Part shown: in pieces, positions 8,912 through 14,746 of the stretch
Layout: each line of letters starts with the position of its first letter
Numbering within the stretch: the stretch's first letter is position 1
IMG/VR virus record: IMGVR_UViG_3300032246_001180
Span: 32,001 to 96,000 of that record
Length of the DNA: 64,000 nucleotides
DNA from: a virus
Direction: 5' to 3' (one strand)
Made by a program: the position numbers and the translations under genes
The notes under the pieces: model-generated
Seen by the model: the letters and a program-made list of their open reading frames with translations, nothing else
Told to the model about the DNA's origin: nothing
Databases searched by the model: none

Positions 8912-9465
8912 AACAAAAATTCATTAACGCTTACATGGATGTTGCCCGCCGTTTTGCACAGTTATCTAGTGCAAGACGATTAAAGGTGGGTGCCATCATT
9001 GTCAAAGACGATAGGATTATTTCTATTGGTTACAATGGTATGCCTGCCGGTTGGGACAATAATTGTGAACATAAAGAATATATGGATCCAGATGCTGGTG
9101 GTTGGTTAAGTCCGGATGAAATTGAACAACGATGGCCTAACCAAGAACAACAATTACCAAAAGAATCAAATATTTGGAAACGATATTCTCTTAAAACCAA
9201 AGATGAAGTCATTCATGCCGAAGCTAATGCGATTGCCAAACTTGCTAAGTGTACCGAATCAGGGGACGGATCCACCATGTTCCTGACCCATGCACCGTGC
9301 ATACATTGTGCCAAACAGATTTATACCGCAGGCATTAAAACGGTATATTTTGGTTCGGCATATAGGGACGATATAGGCTTGACATTTCTGAAAAAGTGTG
9401 ATATACTAGTACATCAAGTGAATAGAGATGTTTCACCTGGTGAAATTGACACTATCGCTAAATAG
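8908..9465 (+). CDS. cd: dCMP deaminase
   Basis: VGAIIV, GYNG, HAEANAI, PCxxC. Confidence 0.92.
   Translation: MKQKFINAYMDVARRFAQLSSARRLKVGAIIVKDDRIISIGYNGMPAGWDNNCEHKEYMDPDAGGWLSPDEIEQRWPNQEQQLPKESNIWKRYSLKTKDEVIHAEANAIAKLAKCTESGDGSTMFLTHAPCIHCAKQIYTAGIKTVYFGSAYRDDIGLTFLKKCDILVHQVNRDVSPGEIDTIAK
9379..9407 (+). promoter_or_regulatory. sigma70-type promoter inside cd, upstream of the peptidase/Leu-attenuator unit
   Basis: TTGACA-17-TATACT with extended -10 TG. Confidence 0.65.
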
Positions 9466-9515
9466 AAAAGGGTGTCAGTCGTACTATAGTCTTAATTGTG
9501 CAAGGATAAGGCAAA

Positions 9516-10085
9516 ATGAAACTGAGCATAATTGGTTGTCCTGATAAAAAAAGATTTCGTCCGTATATCAAAAGAGCAGCATTGTTTTATGCTGGAGAAT
9601 TGCTTACGCCGAAAATGAGAGAAAACGTTTATATAAAAATTAAGTTTAATAGTAAGATTGATGCTTTTGGTTATGCCTCTGTAGAAGATTATAATGATAG
9701 CGGTAAACCTAGAGATTTTTTAATTGAGTTGTATCCGCATCTAGCTGCATATGATATATTGAAAACTCTAGCACATGAAATGGTTCATGTAAAGCAATAT
9801 GCATATTCAGAAATGAATGAAGAAGGAAATAGATGGAAAGGCAATCGTGTGGATTTATCAACGATTGATTACTGGACTGAACCGTGGGAAATAGAAGCAC
9901 ACGGAATGGAACCAGGATTATTTACAAAGTTTGCAATCAAGGAAAAGTTGTGGGAAGTTTTTGACTATGTGCAGAATCCAGATAGTCCAATAGTACCTGA
10001 AATGTTAGGATTTAAAGAAGATAAGTCGGAAAATATTGTAATCACAACATTAGAAACAGAAGATAACACCTATATACAATTATGA
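9516..10085 (+). CDS. putative HEXXH metallopeptidase
   Basis: LAHEMVHVKQ, YW.EPWEIEA. Confidence 0.7.
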   Translation: MKLSIIGCPDKKRFRPYIKRAALFYAGELLTPKMRENVYIKIKFNSKIDAFGYASVEDYNDSGKPRDFLIELYPHLAAYDILKTLAHEMVHVKQYAYSEMNEEGNRWKGNRVDLSTIDYWTEPWEIEAHGMEPGLFTKFAIKEKLWEVFDYVQNPDSPIVPEMLGFKEDKSENIVITTLETEDNTYIQL

Positions 10086-10156
10086 AAAATACAAATTACA
10101 CATCACTACCAACAAATTTATGGCTCTTGAGTTTAGCCAGAATGGGGTTCGTGTAA
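10082..10156 (+). CDS. putative Leu-rich attenuator leader peptide MKNTNYTSLPTNLWLLSLARMGFV
   Basis: ATGA coupling to upstream stop; 5 Leu codons; 3' end complementary to terminator arm. Confidence 0.7.
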   Translation: MKNTNYTSLPTNLWLLSLARMGFV

Positions 10157-10181
10157 ACAATTCGTTGAGAATTACATACAG

Positions 10182-10212
10182 AACCCTAGACTAAACATCT
10201 AGGGTTTTTTTT
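10182..10212 (+). terminator. attenuator terminator 1
   Basis: aaccctaga-ctaaaca-tctagggtt plus T-run. Confidence 0.9.
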
Positions 10213-10226
10213 CGTTTATGTTTTTT

Positions 10227-10303
10227 GCCCCGATGACGGAATTGGTATACGTGCTGGTCTTAGAAACCAGATTTTGCGAGTTCGACTCTCGCTTGGGGCA
10301 CCA
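10227..10303 (+). tRNA. tRNA-Leu(TAG), short variable arm
   Basis: cloverleaf; ctggt-ctTAGaa-accag; CCA. Confidence 0.9.
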
Positions 10304-10371
10304 ATAAAAAAGTCTTGGACACGCAGACTTTAAAGAGAAGTGGGAGTAGGTGGAAACCCTACACCGAATTT

Positions 10372-10454
10372 GCGGGTATGGTGAAATAGGTAAACACAGC
10401 AGACTTAAAATCTGCCGCTTCGGCTTGCCGGTTCGATTCTGGCTACCCGCACCA
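10372..10454 (+). tRNA. tRNA-Leu(TAA)
   Basis: gcaga-ctTAAaa-tctgc; long variable arm; CCA. Confidence 0.93.
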
Positions 10455-10458
10455 AGTT

Positions 10459-10541
10459 TGTTGTTTTTTTGCAACAGTTGTTGTTTTTTTATTAAATTTT
10501 TATGAAAAGTGCTTGACATTTAAGAAAATATCCTATATACT
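10459..10541 (+). promoter_or_regulatory. TGTTGT-N6-GCAACA palindrome plus sigma70-type promoter of tRNA array
   Basis: palindrome 10459-10476; TTGACA 10513-18, 17 nt, TATACT 10536-41. Confidence 0.8.
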
Positions 10542-10547
10542 ATCACT

Positions 10548-10691
10548 ATGTTAAATTTTAAATCACACTCCTTTTTTAGAACGCCTGATGCCATGTCAAC
10601 AACATGGCAGGCTAACTATCGCTCACCGAAATGTGAGAATCCAGGTAGTATTGTCGGCAAGGGGTTTTGTGATGGAGATGGATGCTGTTAA
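10548..10691 (+). CDS. putative leaderless attenuator leader peptide (47 aa, contains all 20 amino acids)
   Basis: ATG 7 nt after -10 box, no SD; ggggttttgtg pairs with terminator 5' arm. Confidence 0.75.
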   Translation: MLNFKSHSFFRTPDAMSTTWQANYRSPKCENPGSIVGKGFCDGDGCC

Positions 10692-10718
10692 GTAACTAAT
10701 CTCAAAGAATACAAACAC

Positions 10719-10751
10719 AAAACCCTAGACCTAAAAAATCTAGGGTTTTTT
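10719..10751 (+). terminator. attenuator terminator 2
   Basis: aaaaccctaga-cctaaaaaa-tctagggtttttt. Confidence 0.9.
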
Positions 10752-10752
10752 G

Positions 10753-10784
10753 TTTTCGTTCTTACGAAAATTGCTCTTTAAAAA
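10753..10784 (+). promoter_or_regulatory. boxB-like hairpin plus boxA (TGCTCTTTAAAAA) antitermination site
   Basis: ttttcgt-tctt-acgaaaa, then close match to rrn boxA TGCTCTTTAACA. Confidence 0.65.
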
Positions 10785-10799
10785 CTTATATTGCTTTGT

Positions 10800-10873
10800 T
10801 GGGACATTGTGTAGTGGTAGCACAGCAGACTTTGACTCTGTTAGTCTAGGTTCGATTCCTAGTGTCCCTGCCA
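10800..10873 (+). tRNA. tRNA-Gln(TTG)
   Basis: gcaga-ctTTGac-tctgt; CCA. Confidence 0.92.
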
Positions 10874-10878
10874 AAAAT

Positions 10879-10970
10879 GGAAGGTAATGCAGCGGGGTTG
10901 GTCCTGCGACTGGCCTTGAAAACCAGGTTCTGAGAAATCGGATGGGGTTCGACTCCTCTGCCTTCCACCA
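10879..10970 (+). tRNA. tRNA-Ser(TGA), apparent 8/4 fold
   Basis: GGAAGGTA/TGCCTTCC acceptor, 4-bp T stem, ctTGAaa loop. Confidence 0.85.
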
Positions 10971-11095
10971 TATAAAAGCTCTTTGTGTAACTACAATGGA
11001 ACACCGAAATACTTGTCAATGTCGACCACGAACAAGGACCGGCCATGAAGAAGGGGTTATGTTCGGTTCAATTCCGTCAGAGAGCTTCTATATGG
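10968..11095 (+). ncRNA. helix-enclosed non-tRNA RNA 1 (with T-loop-like hairpin)
   Basis: ccatataaaagctctttg/cagagagcttctatatgg; cgg-ttcaatt-ccg. Confidence 0.6.
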
Positions 11096-11182
11096 GAGGG
11101 TTGGGTGAGTGGTTAAACCAGCGGTTTGCTAAACCGTCATCCAGAAATGGGTGCATCAGTTCGAATCTGATACCCTCCGCCA
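11095..11182 (+). tRNA. tRNA-Ser(GCT)
   Basis: gcggt-ttGCTaa-accgt; long variable arm. Confidence 0.92.
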
Positions 11183-11187
11183 ATTTT

Positions 11188-11262
11188 CTCGCCATCGTTC
11201 AACGGATAGGACAGCATTCTTCTAAAGTGCGAATGGGGGTTCGATTCCCTCTGGCGAGGCCA
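11188..11262 (+). tRNA. tRNA-Arg(TCT)
   Basis: gcatt-ctTCTaa-agtgc. Confidence 0.92.
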
Positions 11263-11268
11263 ATTTGT

Positions 11269-11345
11269 GTGGGCGTGCAGCTGAATGGTTAGGCACCGGA
11301 TTGCAAATCCGTATTATGCAGGTTCGAATCCTGTCGCCCACTCCA
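11269..11345 (+). tRNA. tRNA-Cys(GCA)
   Basis: cgga-ttGCAaa-tccg; U73 CCA. Confidence 0.9.
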
Positions 11346-11349
11346 AGAC

Positions 11350-11450
11350 TGTTGTATTTTTACAACACATCGAAAATAGTGCTTGACTATTTCTGTGGTT
11401 CGTGTAGAATACGTTCTATCGATTGAGAAATTAATCGATTCTTTAAAAAT
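11350..11450 (+). promoter_or_regulatory. palindrome plus internal sigma70-type promoter, hairpin and boxA-like site
   Basis: TGTTGT-ATTTTT-ACAACA; TTGACT-16-TAGAAT; atcgatt/aatcgat; TTCTTTAAAAAT. Confidence 0.65.
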
Positions 11451-11467
11451 TTGATGTAGTTTTTGAT

Positions 11468-11543
11468 GCACCTATCGTCTAACGGTTAGGACGCTGCCCT
11501 TTCAAGGCGGAAACGTAGGGTTCGATTCCCTCTAGGTGTACCA
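11468..11543 (+). tRNA. tRNA-Glu(TTC)
   Basis: ctgcc-ctTTCaa-ggcgg. Confidence 0.9.
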
Positions 11544-11757
11544 TACTAAAACATATTGGGTTACCAACTCCAGTAGGTACCTAGGAGAGATAATATCTGT
11601 GGCCGCACAGACTCTCGCTAGTAGTACATGAAGCAATCCGACTGTGCTGGAATCAGTTGAACCGTAATGTGGAAGTTGTCTTATCGGTAGACGAAACCGT
11701 GAGAAGCCAGATGAAGTTCTGGAACGACAACGACACCCCAATGTGTTTTAGTATGGT
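11540..11757 (+). ncRNA. helix-enclosed non-tRNA RNA 2 (~220 nt, multi-stem, possible pseudoknot)
   Basis: 21-bp terminal helix and several internal stems. Confidence 0.7.
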
Positions 11758-11780
11758 ATTTTTTAAACAAGGAGAAAGTA

Positions 11781-11822
11781 ATGAAACGAAAATTAAAACC
11801 TCGAAAGATTATGGGGGTATAA
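11781..11822 (+). CDS. Lys/Arg-rich mini-ORF MKRKLKPRKIMGV overlapping tRNA-Lys 5' end
   Basis: AAGGAG RBS 6 nt before ATG. Confidence 0.4.
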   Translation: MKRKLKPRKIMGV

Positions 11823-11887
11823 CTTAACGGCTAAAGTAGTAGGCTTTTAACCTATTAATCAGAGTTCGATTCTCTGTACCCCTACCA
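11813..11887 (+). tRNA. tRNA-Lys(TTT)
   Basis: gtagg-ctTTTaa-cctat. Confidence 0.92.
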
Positions 11888-11982
11888 TATAAAAACACTC
11901 TAAACTGGACGCAGGTTCTATGAAGCAAGACCTCGGGGTCATGTCCGAGAAGGTGTGGAGAATGAGAGTGTTTCTATATGGT
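11884..11982 (+). ncRNA. helix-enclosed non-tRNA RNA 3
   Basis: accatataaaaacactct/agagtgtttctatatggt. Confidence 0.6.
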
Positions 11983-12054
11983 GATGTAGCACAACGGTAG
12001 TGCATCTGCTTCATACGCAGGAGGTTAGTGGCTCGATTCCACTCATCACCACCA
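11980..12054 (+). tRNA. tRNA with CAT anticodon (elongator Met, or Ile2)
   Basis: ctgc-ttCATac-gcag. Confidence 0.85.
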
Positions 12055-12060
12055 GATTTT

Positions 12061-12135
12061 GCCCCGTTAATATAACGGCTATTATGCCCGCCTGTCCAGC
12101 GGAGAACAGGAGTTCGACTCTCCTACGGGGCGCCA
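12061..12135 (+). tRNA. tRNA-Asp(GTC)
   Basis: ccgc-ctGTCca-gcgg; G73. Confidence 0.9.
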
Positions 12136-12142
12136 AGTTTAT

Positions 12143-12217
12143 TCCAGAGTAGCACAGCGGTAGTGCAGTTGACTGTTAATCAATTGGTCGTAGGTTCGAT
12201 CCCTGCCTCTGGAGCCA
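12143..12217 (+). tRNA. tRNA-Asn(GTT)
   Basis: gttga-ctGTTaa-tcaat. Confidence 0.93.
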
Positions 12218-12230
12218 GTTAGTAAGTTTA

Positions 12231-12319
12231 GGAAGTGTGCGCTGAATTGGTTGAAGGCAACGGACTGTAAATCCGCCACATAAGAAACATTGTAGGTTCG
12301 AATCCTACCACTTCCACCA
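12231..12319 (+). tRNA. tRNA-Tyr(GTA)
   Basis: cgga-ctGTAaa-tccg; long variable arm. Confidence 0.9.
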
Positions 12320-12323
12320 AATA

Positions 12324-12397
12324 GCCTCTTTAGTTTAATGGTAGAACTCCGCTTTTACACAGCGGGTACGGCAGTTCGATTCTGTCAAGAGGCACCA
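12324..12397 (+). tRNA. tRNA-Val(TAC)
   Basis: ccgct-ttTACac-agcgg. Confidence 0.92.
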
Positions 12398-12399
12398 AT

Positions 12400-12475
12400 G
12401 CCAAGATAGCTCAGTTGGTAGAGCACCTGTCTGAAGAACAGGGTGTGGTTGGTTCGATCCCAACTCTTGGTGCCA
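12400..12475 (+). tRNA. tRNA-Phe(GAA)
   Basis: cctgt-ctGAAga-acagg. Confidence 0.92.
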
Positions 12476-12483
12476 AATTTTTT

Positions 12484-12557
12484 GCCCTATTAGTTAAATG
12501 GTAGAACATCGGTTTTGTAATCCGAGGACGGGAGTTCGATTCTCTCATGGGGCACCA
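12484..12557 (+). tRNA. tRNA-Thr(TGT)
   Basis: tcgg-tttTGTaat-ccga. Confidence 0.9.
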
Positions 12558-12571
12558 TTTAAAGGAATACG

Positions 12572-12817
12572 ATGTTAGATTATATCGTAACATTTTTAGC
12601 AATATTTTTACTTGATGTAGTGTACACTTATTATTTACGTTGTGTACAAAATAACAATGTCTTAGGTGCCAGTATATGGTCTATCGCTTGTTATTTGTTA
12701 GGCAGTTTAGCAGTAATTAATTATACAACAAATCATTGGTTGTTATTGCCAGCAATAGCAGGTGCTTTTTGTGGCACTTATGTGGGTATGACAATTAAAA
12801 AGAATAACGGAGTATAG
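12572..12817 (+). CDS. small 3-TM membrane protein
   Basis: hydrophobic ORF with AAGGA RBS. Confidence 0.7.
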   Translation: MLDYIVTFLAIFLLDVVYTYYLRCVQNNNVLGASIWSIACYLLGSLAVINYTTNHWLLLPAIAGAFCGTYVGMTIKKNNGV

Positions 12818-12884
12818 CACAGCCAGATAGTGCGCTCGGTTTGGGACCGAGAGGTCGCAGGTTTGATTCCTGCTACTCCGACCA
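12808..12884 (+). tRNA. tRNA-Pro(TGG)
   Basis: ctcgg(t)-ttTGGga-ccgag; C1-G72. Confidence 0.9.
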
Positions 12885-12889
12885 TTTAA

Positions 12890-12964
12890 GGGGGATTGGC
12901 GTAATTGGGAACGCAGTAGCTTTGCAAGCTTCAGTCGGGAGTTCGAATCTCCCATTCTCCACCA
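12890..12964 (+). tRNA. tRNA-Ala(TGC)
   Basis: agc-ttTGCaa-gct; G3-U70. Confidence 0.9.
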
Positions 12965-13021
12965 TTTTAAGTTTACAATAAAGTTTTTTAAGTTTACAAT
13001 AAAGTTTTTTAAGTTTACAAT
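12965..13021. repeat. 21-bp tandem repeat (aagtttacaataaagtttttt) x ~2.7
   Basis: direct inspection. Confidence 0.9.
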
Positions 13022-13096
13022 CGGTCCTTAGTAAAATGAATATTACACAGCGCTACGAACGCTGAAGTGGGAGTTTGATTCTCTCAGGACCGGCCA
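13022..13096 (+). tRNA. tRNA-Arg(ACG)
   Basis: cagcg-ctACGaa-cgctg. Confidence 0.9.
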
Positions 13097-13098
13097 TC

Positions 13099-13172
13099 AC
13101 TCGCATAGCTCAAAGGTAGAGCACTCGCTTGATAAGCGATAGACGAAGGATCGTTACCTTCTGTGAGTACCA
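13099..13172 (+). tRNA. tRNA-Ile(GAT)
   Basis: tcgc-ttGATaa-gcga. Confidence 0.88.
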
Positions 13173-13175
13173 TGT

Positions 13176-13250
13176 ATCTCGCTGGTGTTAACGGCAGCAT
13201 AGCGGTCTCCAAAACCGAAGGACGGGGTTCGAATCCCTGGCGGGGTGCCA
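13176..13250 (+). tRNA. tRNA-Trp(CCA)
   Basis: cggt-ctCCAaa-accg. Confidence 0.92.
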
Positions 13251-13272
13251 ATTATAATAAAAAGGTGTAATC

Positions 13273-13746
13273 ATGCGTAAATTAAATTTAGATGAAGTCA
13301 TTTCGTTTATCGAACAACAATCTCCAGAAAGTAAAGTTTATATTGGTTGTGATTCAGAGCGAGTTATTGTTGACGGCGTACCTTATGCTGATTATGTTCT
13401 TGCAATTGTAGTACACATCAATGGCAACAATGGTTGCAAATTATTTGGTGAAGTTAGTAGAGAAAGAGATTACGACCAGAAAAGAAACAAGCCTAGATAT
13501 AGGTTGATGAATGAAGTTTACAAGGTTTCAGAATTATATTTAAACCTTGTTAAAGTTTTAGTTGACCGTGATATTCAAGTTCACCTAGATATTAATCCAG
13601 ATGAAATGCACGGTTCATCTTGTGTTATCAATGAAGCGATTGGCTATATTAAAGGAACTTGCAATGTAATACCTCTGGTTAAACCAGAAGCGTTTGCGGC
13701 CTCTTATGCAGCTGACCGTTTTAAAGGACTAAAAAAGGCAGCTTGA
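13273..13746 (+). CDS. RNase H-like YkuK (DUF458) family protein
   Basis: YIGCDS, RLMNEV, VHLDIN, VKPEAFAASYAAD. Confidence 0.8.
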   Translation: MRKLNLDEVISFIEQQSPESKVYIGCDSERVIVDGVPYADYVLAIVVHINGNNGCKLFGEVSRERDYDQKRNKPRYRLMNEVYKVSELYLNLVKVLVDRDIQVHLDINPDEMHGSSCVINEAIGYIKGTCNVIPLVKPEAFAASYAADRFKGLKKAA

Positions 13747-13763
13747 ACATATGAGAGATTACA

Positions 13764-14210
13764 ATGATATCAACAATAAAAACAATAACAGAACAATTTC
13801 TTTCTCTTTTACTTGATGATCCAGTAAGACCATCAATACCACATCTCGACCGTGTAGGTGAGAACAAGGATATTTTTGTTTTTCGGGGAGAAGATGATTC
13901 TATAAAAGCAATTACTTGCGTTAGTTACCAAGTAACTGTACCAACATCAGAGGCGGAATTATTTGAAAGATGTTCCACTCCGACTGTGGCAGTATTCTAT
14001 ACAATTTGGAGTTATGCGCCAGGTGCTGGTCGCCAATTGATATTCGATGCTGTACAATACATAAAAGAAAATAGAAAAGATATTAACAGATTTGTAACAC
14101 TTTCACCTAAAACTCATATGGCACGAAAGTTCCATACAAGAAACGGTGCAATGGTGTTTCGTGATAATCCTGAAACGGTGAATTACGAATACAAGAATGT
14201 AGTTCTTTAA
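13764..14210 (+). CDS. hypothetical GNAT-like protein
   Basis: FYTIWSY..GAGRQL, LSP, ARKFH.RNGA resemble acetyltransferase motifs. Confidence 0.55.
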   Translation: MISTIKTITEQFLSLLLDDPVRPSIPHLDRVGENKDIFVFRGEDDSIKAITCVSYQVTVPTSEAELFERCSTPTVAVFYTIWSYAPGAGRQLIFDAVQYIKENRKDINRFVTLSPKTHMARKFHTRNGAMVFRDNPETVNYEYKNVVL

Positions 14211-14284
14211 GCGGGATTAGTTTAATGGTCAAACGAAACCTTGCCAAGGTTTAGTCAGGAGTTCGATTCTCCTATCCCGCTCCA
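14211..14284 (+). tRNA. tRNA-Gly(GCC)
   Basis: aaacc-ttGCCaa-ggttt; U73. Confidence 0.93.
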
Positions 14285-14366
14285 TTTAAGAGTGCAGGCT
14301 CTTTTTAAATCCTGCCTTTGTGTGGTACCGAACATCGCTACTGCTTGGATAAGCATCGGTACATTT

Positions 14367-14440
14367 GCAGGGTTAGTTTAATGGTAAAACTCCATCCTTC
14401 CAAGTTGGTGTCGTGAGTTCGATTCTCACACTCTGCTCCA
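14367..14440 (+). tRNA. tRNA-Gly(TCC)
   Basis: ctTCCaa loop; U73 CCA. Confidence 0.9.
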
Positions 14441-14446
14441 GTTTAT

Positions 14447-14521
14447 GGAGAAATTAGTTTAGTGGTAAAACCACGGGTTGTGATTCCGTTATCACGGGTT
14501 CGATTCCCGTATTTCTCCCCA
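14447..14521 (+). tRNA. tRNA-His(GTG)
   Basis: G-1:C73; acggg-ttGTGat-tccgt. Confidence 0.9.
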
Positions 14522-14525
14522 ATTT

Positions 14526-14600
14526 GGGCCAATAGCTTAATGGTAAAGCAATCGACTCATAATCGATTGAGTCTTGGTTCAATTCCAAGTTGGCCCACCA
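14526..14600 (+). tRNA. tRNA with CAT anticodon (probably Ile2, lysidine type)
   Basis: atcga-ctCATaa-tcgat; GGGCC acceptor. Confidence 0.85.
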
Positions 14601-14618
14601 AGTTTGCCATAGATAGTG

Positions 14619-14647
14619 TTGACAAAGCAATATAAGTATAGTAGAAT
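14619..14647 (+). promoter_or_regulatory. sigma70-type promoter
   Basis: TTGACA-17-TAGAAT. Confidence 0.7.
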
Positions 14648-14655
14648 GATTAAAT

Positions 14656-14722
14656 GCGGTGTGTGATAGCACGACATTCGGTTCCCCCGATTGTTATCTG
14701 AGCAAAGCAGACCACCGCTCCA
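14656..14722 (+). ncRNA. degenerate tRNA-Gly(TCC)-like RNA (67 nt)
   Basis: GCGGTG/CACCGC-T-CCA, TCC-centred loop, non-canonical T-loop. Confidence 0.6.
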
Positions 14723-14746
14723 TTTTATATATTAAAGGCATCTGTA

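Noticed and set aside
9431-9445. Perfect palindrome TTTCACC-T-GGTGAAA
   Set aside because: Single occurrence inside the cd coding sequence; the adjacent TTGACA lacks a matching -10
10227-10454. Stop-codon suppressor tRNAs or a recoded genome
   Set aside because: TAG and TAA are anticodons reading CUA and UUA; core genes are intact in the standard code
10879-10970. tRNA-Sec or opal suppressor (GGAAG start, 8-bp acceptor)
   Set aside because: Anticodon is TGA (reads UCA, Ser), not TCA
12965-13021. 21-bp repeats as a CRISPR array
   Set aside because: Head-to-tail tandem copies with no spacers and no cas genes
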